Positions 51,519 through 63,300 of a stretch of 64,000 bases of DNA are shown one piece after another; within the stretch, counting starts at the first letter, position 1; each line of letters opens with the position of its first letter. The stretch comes from Roseibacillus sp. (lineage in GTDB: Bacteria; Verrucomicrobiota; Verrucomicrobiia; Verrucomicrobiales; Akkermansiaceae), in NCBI GenBank assembly GCA_965242925.1, contig CBDEUM010000012.1, positions 32,001 to 96,000 on the forward strand. Reading direction: 5' to 3'. The notes under the pieces were generated by a model. That model was not told the DNA's origin. It ran no database searches and saw nothing but the letters and a program-made list of their open reading frames with translations. A program made the translations under genes and the position numbers.

Positions 51519-54512
51519 GTGAATTACTGCTCTAACAAATTCCCTTCCCGAGGGCTGATGGCTGGCCTCGCTGTAGTCCTCATGGGATTGCTTGCTACCC
51601 AGGCACGAAGCGATTCACGGGATCACGAACAGGGCCTGCAATTCTTCGAGCGCAGGATTCGCCCCGCCCTGGTGACGCACTGCTACGAGTGTCACTCCGC
51701 AGGTTCCAAGAAGGTGGGCGGCAAGCTCTACCTGGATCATGCAGGGGGGCTCCTGCGGGGTGGCGAGTCCGGCCCTGCGATTGTCCCCGGCCGCCCCGGG
51801 GAGAGCCTTTTCATCCGGGCGATCCGGAAAGAGAATGACGACCTCGTCATGCCCCCGGACGACAAACCTTCCCTGCCGGAAGCTGTCGTTAACGATCTTG
51901 TCGAGTGGGTGAGACGCGGGGCTCCCGACCCCCGTGCCTCACCTGGCGGAAAGAGCCCACAGGAAGTAATGCCCGATGAGGCCGCCCTCTGGTCCTTCCA
52001 GCCACTCGGAAAACCAACTCCCCCTCCGCTACGCGACCAGGACTGGCCCAGGAATGACATCGACCGGTTCCTCCTTGCCCAACTGGAGTCCCGGGAATTC
52101 CGGCCCGCCGATGATGCCCCGCCCGAAACGCTGATCCGTCGACTCTACTGCGACCTCGTCGGATTGGCTCCGACCTACGACGAGATCGGTGAATTCCTCA
52201 GCGCCTGCCAGCAGAACAGGCAGTCTGCAGTGGAGGCCCTGGTCGATCGCCTCCTGGCCTCGCCTCATTTCGGTGAACGCTGGGGCCGGCACTGGCTGGA
52301 TGTTGGGCGTTACGGCGAATCGAATGGCAACGATGGACTGGGGCGCAATCCGACCTTCCCCCACGCCTGGCGATACCGGGACTACGTCATCCAGGCCTTC
52401 AACGACGACGTCCCCTACGATCTCTTTCTGAAGCAGCAGATCGCCGGGGACCTCCTCCCCTCCTCCTCCCCCGGGGAACGCCACCGCAACCTGACCGCCA
52501 CCGGCTTCCTCGCCATTGGACACAAACCGGCTGCTGCCATGAACGAGAACTTCGCCATGGACGTGGTGGACGACCAGATCAACACCGTGGCTACCGCGAC
52601 GATGGGACTGAGCGTCGCTTGCGCGCGCTGTCACGACCATAAACACGACCCCATCTCAACCCGGGACTACTACGCCCTCGCCGGGATCTTCAGGAGCACC
52701 GAGACGCTCTGGGGAAAAGCGGCCAACGAGAAACTCACCGCGCCAGCTACCCCCCTCCATGACCTGCAGGTCAAGACCGGGAAACCAGAGGAGAAGTCGG
52801 CTCCGGAATTTGCCAAGGGTTACGGCGAGGCGATCAATGCATTAAAGCCCGTCCTCTACGCGTCCCTGTCGGGTCCGGCGGAAAACCTCGTAATCGAGAA
52901 AGGGGTGACGCTCGCGCCAGGGACTTTTGCCAGGACGGAGGAAGGTCGTCTGCAAGCCGGGTCCGCCCTTCCGGTCAACAGCTATTCCGTCTCCTTCTGG
53001 TTCCGCAATGATCTCGGTAATAGCACGCGGGCCATTACCGCCTACCTCTTCTCCCATGCCGTGCTCGGTGACAAGGAACAGAAGGGAGATCACCTTGGAA
53101 TTGGTGGCACCCATGACCCGGGCCGGTCCGGCAAACTCTTCCTCTGGAACGGCACCAGGCAGAACGAGGGCGCAGCCGGCACCAGGGTCCTCGCTCCCGG
53201 CAACTGGAATCATGTGGTTCTTGCCCGCGACGGCAAGCGCATGCGCCTCTACCTGAACGGAGACCCCAAGCCCGAAATTGATGCCGAGATGCAGGTGGCC
53301 GCCCCTGTAAACGGGACCATCTCCATCGGCGCCCGCAATGACCGCTTCGCTCCTCTCAAGGGTTTCCTCGCTCACCTGGCGGTCTTCGATCGGAGCCTGG
53401 GGCCGGGTGAGGCCAACCGTCTACATGCCGCATCCGGCCAGAAACCGGGAACCCGGGAAGCACCTAGACCAGCTTTCGCGATGGGAGTAAGGGAGGGCAA
53501 GGCGATCACAGACTGCAAGATCAACATCGACGGCAACTCAAAGAAACTTGGATCCAGCGTCCCCCGGGGATTTCTTCCTGCCTGCTCGACGGAACTCAGT
53601 CCCCCCATCATCGGAACGGAGGCGAGCGGACGTCTGCAACTGGCGGACTGGCTCACCCGGGGCGACCACCCGCAGACTGCCCGCGTGATGGCCAATCGGA
53701 TCTGGCTTCATCTCTTCGGCCGTGGTCTGGTGACCACTCCTGATGATTTCGGCGTCTACGGAGCCCGCCCCTCTCATCCCGAACTCCTTGACCACCTCGC
53801 CCGGCGCTTCATGGAGGACGGCTGGTCGACAAAGAAACTGATCCGCACCATTACCCTCAGCCGCAGCTACCAGCTCGACAGCTCCTGCCAGGATAATCGG
53901 TTACTGGAAGCCGACCCGGCAAACGTCCTGGCCGGAAGACACCAGCGTCGAAGCCTCGACGCGGAGTCCCTGCGCGACCGCATCCTGCAGGCTGGCGGCA
54001 CGCTTGACCTGGAACCCGCCCGGGGCTCCGCGATCGATGATCTCGATATCCTCCTCAACTGGCCGCCGGGAGAGGCCAAGTATCTCCATGAACCAAGCAC
54101 CCACCGCAGTGTGTATCTCTGCATGCTGCGCAATGCGTTGCCAAAGGAACTGAGCTCCTTCAACTTCCCTGATGGCATGACCGTGACAGGCCAGCGCAGC
54201 ACGGCCACTCCGCCTACCCAGGCCCTCTTCTTCCTGAACAATCCCCTGCTCATCGCCCAGGCCCGATCCCTGGCCGAACGGATTCTCGCTCAGTCGGTTC
54301 TCTCCGACCAGCAGGCTAATCTCGAATCCAGAGTCACCACCGCCTATCGACAAATCCTGCAGCGGAATCCTTCCAGGGAGGAAGTGACCCGCGCCCTCTC
54401 GCACGTGCACGATCAGGAAGTGGACCTCTCCGGGGCTGGCTCAACCCTCCGGGCGTGGGCAAGTTTTTGCCAAGCGTTATTGGCAAGTAACGAGTTTCGT
54501 TATATTGACTAG
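51519..54512 (+). CDS. Planctomycete cytochrome c / DUF1549 / LamG / DUF1553 protein
   Basis: FFERRIRP..CYECH, GERWGRHWLD, CARCHDHK, RVMANRIW, HPELLD, SNEFRYID. Confidence 0.92.
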   Translation: MNYCSNKFPSRGLMAGLAVVLMGLLATQARSDSRDHEQGLQFFERRIRPALVTHCYECHSAGSKKVGGKLYLDHAGGLLRGGESGPAIVPGRPGESLFIRAIRKENDDLVMPPDDKPSLPEAVVNDLVEWVRRGAPDPRASPGGKSPQEVMPDEAALWSFQPLGKPTPPPLRDQDWPRNDIDRFLLAQLESREFRPADDAPPETLIRRLYCDLVGLAPTYDEIGEFLSACQQNRQSAVEALVDRLLASPHFGERWGRHWLDVGRYGESNGNDGLGRNPTFPHAWRYRDYVIQAFNDDVPYDLFLKQQIAGDLLPSSSPGERHRNLTATGFLAIGHKPAAAMNENFAMDVVDDQINTVATATMGLSVACARCHDHKHDPISTRDYYALAGIFRSTETLWGKAANEKLTAPATPLHDLQVKTGKPEEKSAPEFAKGYGEAINALKPVLYASLSGPAENLVIEKGVTLAPGTFARTEEGRLQAGSALPVNSYSVSFWFRNDLGNSTRAITAYLFSHAVLGDKEQKGDHLGIGGTHDPGRSGKLFLWNGTRQNEGAAGTRVLAPGNWNHVVLARDGKRMRLYLNGDPKPEIDAEMQVAAPVNGTISIGARNDRFAPLKGFLAHLAVFDRSLGPGEANRLHAASGQKPGTREAPRPAFAMGVREGKAITDCKINIDGNSKKLGSSVPRGFLPACSTELSPPIIGTEASGRLQLADWLTRGDHPQTARVMANRIWLHLFGRGLVTTPDDFGVYGARPSHPELLDHLARRFMEDGWSTKKLIRTITLSRSYQLDSSCQDNRLLEADPANVLAGRHQRRSLDAESLRDRILQAGGTLDLEPARGSAIDDLDILLNWPPGEAKYLHEPSTHRSVYLCMLRNALPKELSSFNFPDGMTVTGQRSTATPPTQALFFLNNPLLIAQARSLAERILAQSVLSDQQANLESRVTTAYRQILQRNPSREEVTRALSHVHDQEVDLSGAGSTLRAWASFCQALLASNEFRYID

Positions 54513-54524
54513 GAGAACGAGGCG

Positions 54525-55865
54525 ATGCGAACACTCTCTCGACGTAGATTGCTCCAGGCCACCGGTTGTGGCTTCGGTTCCCTCGCCCTCAATGCCCTCT
54601 GTGGAACCAGCGCCTCCGCAGGGAGCCTCCACCGCAAGACGCCTCCCATCCCGGCTCGGGCCAGACGCGTCATCTTTCTCTGCATGCCGGGTGGACCGGC
54701 TCACCTCGACACCTTTGACTACAAGCCACAGACCGGCAAAACGGAGCATCCGGGATCCGCTTTCCAGTTCAGCCAGCACGGCGAAAGTGGCCTCTGGGTT
54801 TCTGAACTCTATCCCGAAGTGGCCCGGCATGCCGACAATCTCTGCGTGCTCAACGGGATGTATGCCGACACCGGGAATCACGCGCAGTCCTTCCGGCAGA
54901 TGGTCACCGGCGAACGACTGCGCCCTCGCCCCAGCCTGGGCTCATGGGTGAGCTACGGCCTCGGGACTGAGAACGGGAACCTTCCAGGCTTCGTCAGCCT
55001 CAACGCTCACGAGCAGTACGTGTCCTCCGGGGAGTTTCTTCCCGCCCAGTTCACAGGCACTCCCATCGGAACCAACGGTGAGGACATGTCCCTGGCCACC
55101 ATCTCCGATGTGGGCAGCGACCACCTCTCCCAGCGAGCCAAGCGACGCCAACTCGATCTCATCCAGGCCATGAACCACGGTCACCTTGAAGCTCGCGCCG
55201 ATGACCCAAGACTGGAGAGCGTGATCGAATCGATGGAGCTTGGCTTCCGGATGCAGGCCCTCGCCCCCTCTCTGCTTGACGTGAGCACCGAATCCCAAGC
55301 CACCCTCGCGCGCTACCGGGTCGGCAGGAATATCAAGGTGGGCACCTGTCGGCCGTCCGACTTCGGACGCCAGTGCCTCCTGGCCCGCCGCTTTGCGGAA
55401 GCGGGCGTGCGCTTCATCCAAGTTTCCCACAACGGCTGGGATCAGCACAAGAACCACCGCCGCGACCTCAAGGCCAATTGCGAATCGACTGACGCCCCCA
55501 TTGCCGCGCTCCTTGGGGACCTTGATCATCGCGGACTCCTCGACGACACCCTCGTGGTGTGGGGCGGAGAATTCGGGCGTCCCGGCCTCAAACCATCCGA
55601 CAAGAAGGACGAGACGGGTCATCAACCGGCCGGATTCACCTTCTGGCTGGCGGGCGGTGGAGTGAAGCGCGGACTGGCCTACGGCGGGACCGACGGCACC
55701 GGTTCCAAGGCGGTGGAGGGAAAGATTCACTTCCGCGACCTGCACGCCACCATCCTGCACCTCCTCGGTCTGGAACACGACAAACTCACCTTCCCGCATC
55801 AGGGTCGCCTCCACCGTCTTACCGGGCCGGAAGGCGGAAAGGTGGTGAGCGAAATCCTTGCCTAG
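54525..55865 (+). CDS. DUF1501 domain protein (Tat signal)
   Basis: [36 protein letters not shown]. Confidence 0.92.
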   Translation: MRTLSRRRLLQATGCGFGSLALNALCGTSASAGSLHRKTPPIPARARRVIFLCMPGGPAHLDTFDYKPQTGKTEHPGSAFQFSQHGESGLWVSELYPEVARHADNLCVLNGMYADTGNHAQSFRQMVTGERLRPRPSLGSWVSYGLGTENGNLPGFVSLNAHEQYVSSGEFLPAQFTGTPIGTNGEDMSLATISDVGSDHLSQRAKRRQLDLIQAMNHGHLEARADDPRLESVIESMELGFRMQALAPSLLDVSTESQATLARYRVGRNIKVGTCRPSDFGRQCLLARRFAEAGVRFIQVSHNGWDQHKNHRRDLKANCESTDAPIAALLGDLDHRGLLDDTLVVWGGEFGRPGLKPSDKKDETGHQPAGFTFWLAGGGVKRGLAYGGTDGTGSKAVEGKIHFRDLHATILHLLGLEHDKLTFPHQGRLHRLTGPEGGKVVSEILA

Positions 55866-56013
55866 GTGACCCGCTATAAGAAGAAAAACAGAGAATTCCG
55901 CGTCCGCCCCTCCGGTCTCCTTCCCAGAAATTGTCCGGACCACGTCACGTTTCGACACTCCGTTCCCGCTCTTGCTGGCCCCATCGCGTCTGCTACGGTT
56001 TTGTTCTGGAACA

Positions 56014-59000
56014 ATGAAACGCACGGTCACCACCCGCCTCTCGTGCACGCACGGCCTGGGACTCCTCCTCGGCCTGGCGATCCTGTTCAGCGCCTGCAAC
56101 GAGAACGGTGGCAACTCCGGGAACGAACCTGCTCCTCCAGCGCGCCAACCGCCCCAACCGGACAAGGGCGCCGCACAAGCTCCTCCCTCTTCTTCGGACG
56201 CCACCCCCAACCCCGTGATTCCTCCCAGCCCCGCCGTGAAGGCTGGCCCCGCGGAAACGGCTCCCGGCCTGGGCCAGGGGAACCTCATTGCTCCTCTCCG
56301 CGATGCCTACGAACGGATGGATCCGGGCAAGGACGGCTGGGCCTCCGAGGCATTCAGCGCCTCGGCCAGCGAACAGTTGCACCTTCTCGAAGACCTCCTC
56401 GGAGGCCCCGATGACATCACGGCTGCCTCCCTGGGAGAACTAGCGGTGGCGGAGGTATCGACCACCGCCCTGCGGCCAGAGAACCTGTCACTCACTTTCG
56501 ACGACGGCCGCTTCCTCGTCCGGCGTCCCCCTGCCTTGCCGGGCCATAATACACCCGGGATCGCAGCCCTCTCCGCCACCCTGAACAAGCTGCGCCCCGA
56601 GGAGGGCTCCATCGATCCCCACATGAAAATCTTCCGCGTTTTCCCCGGGGAAAAAGGCACGGCCAAATGCCTGGTGCTGGTGGACATCCTCAACCATAGC
56701 GGGCAGTCGCGAACCCAGATCAATGCGACCTGGTCCTGCAACTGGAGGCTTTCCCCCGACCAGTCCCCGCTCCTGACCTCGATCGCGCTCACCAGATACG
56801 AGGAAATCACGCAATCCGTCGACTCCCGGCCCCTTTTCGCCGATGCCACCCGGACCCTCCTCGACCGGGAGGATGCATATCACAAACAGTTCCTCCATTC
56901 CTCGGACCACTGGCGGGCCCACCTGCCCCGCGAACTGGGACTCGACCCGGTGGCCAATCATGGCCTTGCCATTGGCGACATCAACGGTGACGGCCTCGAC
57001 GATCTCTATGTATGCCAGCAGGGGGGCCTTCCCAACCGGATGTTCCTCCAGAATCCAGACGGCACCCTGCGCGACATCACCCGGACCAGTGGTGCCGGAT
57101 GGCTTGAATACTGTGCTGCAGCGCTCCTCGTCGATCTCGACAATGACGGCGACCGTGACCTGATCGTTTCACAGGACTTTCGGGTGATGGTCATGGCCAA
57201 TGATGGCAACGGGGCCTTCACCCTTGCCTTCGGTTCCTCCACCAAGGCCCAGTCATTCTCACTGGCAGCTGCCGACTATGACAACGACGGCCTCGTCGAT
57301 TTCTACATCTGCGGATACAACCCGTCCCAGTCCAAACTGCGGGGCGGAGCGATGGGAGAGCCCATGCCTTTTCACGATGCCAACAACGGCGGACCCAACA
57401 TGCTGTGGCGCAACGAGGGCAACCTGGGATTCAAGGACGTCACCGGAGTCACCGGCATGAACGCAAACAACACCCGCTACTCCTTTGCCGCCTCGTGGGA
57501 AGACTACGACAACGACGGTGACCAGGACCTTTACGTTGCCAATGACTATGGTCGAAACTGCCTTTACCGCAACGACGGTGGTTCCTTCTCTGAAATTGCA
57601 GCCGGGCTGCACCTTGAGGACACCTCTTCCGGCATGTCGGTGAGCTGGGCCGACTTCAACCTCGATGGCCAGATGGACGTCTACACCAGCAACATGTTCT
57701 CCAGTGCCGGAAACCGCATTACCTACCAGAAACAGTTCAAGTCCGACCTGCCCGAGGACGTTCGGAAACAATTCCAGCATCTTGCAATCGGGAACTCCTT
57801 GTTTGAGGGCGTTGCCAATAAGCCCTTCAAGGACGTGGGGATCGGAGCCGGGGTCAACATGGGCCGCTGGGCCTGGGGCTCAAAGTTCGTCGATTTCAAC
57901 AACGACGGCCGGGACGATATCCTGGTCGCCAATGGCTTCATCACCACTGCGGACACCGGCGACTTGTGAAGTGTCTACTGGCGGCAGGTCGTGTCGCAAT
58001 CCCCCGTCGATGATTTCTCCGAACCCGCCATCGCCTCCTACAAGCAGGGATGGCGGGCGCTGAGCCGTCTCCTGCACGAGGACCGCAGCTTCAGCGGCAA
58101 CGAACGCCACTGCGCCTTCCTCAACACCGGTAGCGAAGAGGCGAGCTTTGCGGATGTATCAGCTCTCACCGGATTCGGTTTTTCTGACGATGGTCGCGGC
58201 CTTGCCACGGTCGACTGGGACTTTGACGGGGATCTCGACGTCTGGATGACAAACCGCAACGCCCCTCGGGTGCGTTTTCTCACCAATCACACGCCGCCCG
58301 GCCAGAAGTTCATTGCCATTAAGCTCCGCGGGAACGGCAGGACCTGCAACCGTGACGCCATCGGGGCGCGCCTGGAGCTAACCCTCGAAGGGGTGGCACC
58401 AGCCACCCGCATCCGCACCCTGCGCTGCGGGGAGGGCTTCCTCTCCCAGTCCAGCAACTGGGTTCACTTCGGCATCGGTAAAGCCACCGGAATCACCAGC
58501 CTGGTAGTCAAATGGCCTGCCGGACCGGCCGAGAGCTTCACCGGCCTGCAGGCGGGTACATTCTGCCTCATCCAGCAGGGCACCGGGGCGTCTCGCCTCT
58601 TCTCCCCACCAGAACAGCGCGTTGTCTTGACTCCGCGGGAACAGACTCCCCTTCCTCCCACCGGAAACACACGTACCATCGCTCCCGCAGGACTTCCCCT
58701 GCCCCGGCTGGAAGTGATCGGGGAAAACGGGGAACTGCAACCTTACGCCCCCGACGGAAAACGTCCCCTCGCCATCAATATCTGGTCAAGTATCTGCGCA
58801 GCATGTGTGGCCGAACTATCCGAGTGGTCAGAGCACCGTGACGATTTGGCAGGAGCGGGCCTCGACGTGCTCACGCTCAGTACCGACCACCTCGATGGCG
58901 CGGCTCCACCGGAAGCGACGCGGGCCGCCCTTGCCAGGACCAGTTCCCCCTTCCCCAACCTGTCCATCTCGGAAGCCGCCCTCAAGGGTCTCGACTTCCT

Positions 59001-60069
59001 GCAGCGCTCCGTCCTCGATCGCAGGACCCCCCTCCCCGTTCCGAGCACTTTCCTGATCAACACCGACGGGGAACTGGTGGCCTTCTATCGGGGGCCGGTT
59101 GCCGTCAACCAGCTCCTCCAGGATCTGCGCCTGACGGGAACAGAGCAGCCCCCTGATGCCCGACGCAATGCCGCCATCCCCTTCCCCGGGCGCTGGATCG
59201 GCAAGGCCGTCCCGGGACGACCCAATCGCGTCGCTTCGATCATGGCTGACCACGATGAAGTCGAACTCGGGGCTGCCTACCTGGAACACTGTGCTTCCCT
59301 CCTCGAATCAAAAGCAGATGATCCAGACAGCAGACGCAATCTCGGTGATATCTACTACGTCGCCGGACTGCTGAACGGACTCAAGTCCGATCGCCGCGAA
59401 CTCGCCATCGAGCAACTCTCCCGCGCTCGTGAGCTGATGCCGCAGGACGTTCGCATCCGTTTGGAACTGGGGCGTCAATTCTTCCTGGCGGGACAATTGC
59501 ACAACGCCGAGCAGGAGATGGGCAAGGCTGCCGAGATCAACCCCGGTGACCTGGCACTGCTCATGGATCTCGGGTTGATGCGTTTTCGCCTGGGAGAATA
59601 CGAGAAATCACATGAGGTTTACAGGAACGTCATCCGGGCCACGCCCCGCAACGGTCTGGCCCGCTATCACCTGGCCAATAATGAAGTCCGGCTCAGGCGA
59701 TTGCCAGAAGCCATCGAAAACTATCGCAGGGCTCTTGCTCGTATTCCGGATCTCACCGAGGCCGCCAACAACCTGGCATGGATCCTCGCCAGTCATCCCA
59801 ATGAGAATCTTCGATCCCCGGAAGAAGCGCTCACCATCACCACCCGCCTCTGCCAACAAACCCGGGAGCGATCCCCGCTCTATCTGGACACCCATTCGAT
59901 CGCCCTGGCCAATCTCGGGAGGTTCCAGGATGCCATCGCGACCGCCAACAAGGCGATTGCGCTCATCCCTCCACGGAACGCGTCCGCGATCGATGGCATC
60001 CGCGGACGCATCTCCCTCTACGCCGCCAGCAAGCCCTACCGTGAACGTGGATGGAAAATGGAAGATTGA
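56014..60069 (+). CDS. Putative selenoprotein: FG-GAP/VCBS repeats + ASPIC/UnbV + redoxin (CAAC) + TPR lipoprotein, about 1351 aa with TGA 57967-57969 read through
   Basis: Lipobox LFSAC; FG-GAP repeats; ORFs 55972-57969 and 57991-60069 share a frame; DGRG, DAIGA, GEGFLSQSS, VKWP; WSSICAAC; TPRs with NNLAWILA. Confidence 0.82.
57967..57997 (+). promoter_or_regulatory. UGA plus SECIS-like hairpin
   Basis: TGA + 11 nt + GCGGCA-GGTCG-TGTCGC (6 bp including one G-U). Confidence 0.75.
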
Positions 60070-60329
60070 TGAATCTTTCGAAATATCTTTGTCGGTTTAA
60101 TTTCTAGCTTTGCGCAGAACAGATAGCGTCTTGCCCTTACTGACTTACTGATTAACAAAGCAGGATCCTGGAACCTGGATTACTGGTGATTCCCGTTGAC
60201 CCGGACCTGCCAGTGAACAACATGTGAGATAGCCCAAGGCCCTTGTTGATAACTTGGCCGCAACCCCTGCCCCCATTGGGCAGCCTCCTCTACAACTGCA
60301 GAATCCAAGAACAGAACCCAGATATTACG

Positions 60330-63300
60330 ATGAAGGCCCACACCTTATTCACTTCTCTTTCCATCCTGGCCGGCGGTGCAACCATCGCAGGCGCAGCCAC
60401 CATAATAGGCGACGGCGCAGCCCGCCCATTCGCCAGCGGGGGAAGTCCCGATGGCTGGTCCGGGGTCAGCGTGCTCGAAACCGCCATCATCGACTCTACC
60501 ACCGTAGACGGCGTGGGGACCCTTGTCGAAATTACGGAGGTCTCGATGTTGGCCGGGGCTGATCGCGCTGGCGGAGTTCACCACTTTGCACCCATCCTCA
60601 TCGACTCCTCAAACCAAATCGCCTGGATCGGTCCTGAGCTCACCCCGACGCAGCCCGGCCACAATGTCTTTCCCATTACCGGAGCGGAGCTGATTGATGT
60701 CACCTACCGAAACCTACCGACTCGGCGTCTGGCAGTGGAATGAGGGTGTTGATGACAACGCCGGGGGGACCGTCGCCTTCGCCGGAGGTGGCGGCGGCGG
60801 GATGTTCCAGCAGAATCTCAATGGAACTCTCGGTGCCGATGCCATTTCGATCGGCCACGATGTTTCGGGGGGGGAACAACATGCCTCTGGTCCCGGTGGT
60901 CGCGACTACCAGATCGATGTGGTGGCCACCCGTGTTGCAAGCGCCGATGGCGACGGCGACGGGTTGCCGGATTCATGGGAAACCGCCAACAACCTCGATC
61001 CGACCGACAACGGCCAAGATCCGAATAACAACGGTGTTGCGGGCGATCCGGACCAAGGCGCTGACGGCGACCCGGACAACGACAATCTGACGAATCTGGA
61101 GGAGTTCGAGCTCCACACCGATCCCACCGATGATGATTCGGATGATGACGGTCTCACCGATGGCGCGGAAGCCACTGCCGGCACTGACCCGCTCGATGCC
61201 GACAGCGATGGAGACGGCCTGCCCGACGGGGTGGAAACCGGCACCGGCACCTTTGTCGACGCCAACGACACCGGCACCGACCCCCTCGATGTCGACAGTG
61301 ACGACGACGGGGTGGGTGACCAAGCCGAGATCGCATTTAATACCGATCCCAATGATGCCGCCTCAAAACCGGACGGCATCGCCGAGCTCGACACCCTGAG
61401 CATACTGCCTACCGGCAACTACGCGTTCCTGGGTGGCGGGCAAATCGTCAACGGCTACGTCGAGAACGATGGCACCCACAGCTGGCTGCTGGTTGGGCGG
61501 GGCCGCGAGGGCTGGACCTGGAACGCAGCCGGCCAGGGATCGGCAAACAACGTGAGCCAGGATATCGGAACCCCTGACGCGTTCGCGCCGGCCACCTACA
61601 GCACGGCTTTCATCAACGACCTGATCAGCGGATCGGGCGCTGATCTGACCGGAGTGGAGATTCGTATCAAGCGTGCAAGTAACCCGGAAGGCTCCGCCTA
61701 CGAGGAAGGGCGCTGGCGTCCGATTACTGAAAGCGCATGGCGATGGAACTTTGATGCCGCCATGCAGGTCGAGTATGAAGTGGTGGCCACCAACGGTGTC
61801 CAGGGTGGACAGCTTGGAACCCAGAACCGCGACACCCGTGACGGTGAGCTTGGCGGCAACGACGGGGACCGCATCTTCACCTGGAACTGGGGTGACCATG
61901 GGGTCATGGGCTTCAGTTTCGGCAGCCTGGTCGGTAACGGCTCGACCGATGCAACCAGCTTTCTCTGGGAGAATGGTAATGAGAACCACGCCATTCCCTA
62001 CGCCGAAATCTACATCCGCCTTGAGAACCCGGGTCAGGTTCCCGGTGATGATACTGATGGTGACGGCATCGTTGATATCGTCGAGGTGGCACTTGTGGGC
62101 AACCTGGATGACCTCACTGCCGGCGATGACGACGGTGACGGCCTTGACAGTCCTGACGAGATCTCCACCCACGGCACCGACCCCAATGATCCCGACACCG
62201 ACGGTGACGGACTGGATGATGGAGCCGAGATCGCCGCTGGAGCCGACCCGCTGAATACCGACAGCGACGGCGACGGCCTGCTCGATGGCGTGGAGACCGG
62301 CACCGGCATCTTTGTCGATGCCAACAACACCGGCACCGACCCCCTCGACATCGACAGTGATGGCGACGGTGCCAGTGACTCGTTCGAGATCAGCGAGAAC
62401 ACCGATCCGAACGATGCCGGCAGCACTCCGTCCTTCCCGATCGTGCAGCCCTCCTTCGTTCCCATCAATGAACTGGCCCCCGGCTCCTACGGGCCGGACT
62501 TCGCCCAGAGAGGAGTGAACTACCAGGAGAACCACTACGGCGGCGGTGTCATCTTCAACAACAACGCCCTGGGCAACTACAACGTGCACACCTCGGGAGT
62601 TCCGGCCCCCACCGCCTCCTTCGATGCCATCGAACCCCTGACCGCCCATGGTAATGGCGGGGGAACCATCTCCATCCACAACCGCCCCTGGCTCGACGCT
62701 GGCGGGGAGAACTTCACGGCGCGCTACAACGGCTACCTCGACATGACGGCCTTCAACCCGGGGACCTACAAGATCCACCTCGGGGCCGATGACACCAACT
62801 ACTTCATCATGAACACCGCAGACGGCGATGTCATCTCACAGCACAACTGCTGCCCGGCGAACCAGGAGCACACCTTCACCATGAACATCCCCGGCATGTT
62901 CCCCTTCGACAACGTCTTCGGGGAGCAGGGCGGCGGCGACTGGACCGAAGTCGGCATCAGCGGCCCCGGCATCCCCGGGATCGTGGCCCTCGGTGACACC
63001 GCCAACGGCAGCCCCCCGGTTTATCCCATCGGAGCGGATGCAGAGGACAGTGACGGCGACGATCTCCCGGACGCCTGGGAGACCGCTTGGGTCGCCATCA
63101 ACGACCTGACCCAGTTGTCCGATACAGGGGACTTCGACGCCGACGGGCTCACCGACCTGGAGGAACTCGCCGCCGGCACCAATCCCACCGACACCGACAG
63201 CGACGGCGACGGGATCTCTGACGGGGCCGAAACCAACACCGGCACCTTTGTCAACGCCAGTGACACCGGAACCAATCCTCGCGATGCCGACACCGATGGT

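Noticed and set aside
49030..51522. 830 aa plus-strand ORF and other long antisense ORFs (e.g. 38762-40384, 54942-56288, 61363-62778)
   Set aside because: Shadows of GC-rich real genes on the opposite strand; no recognisable motifs.
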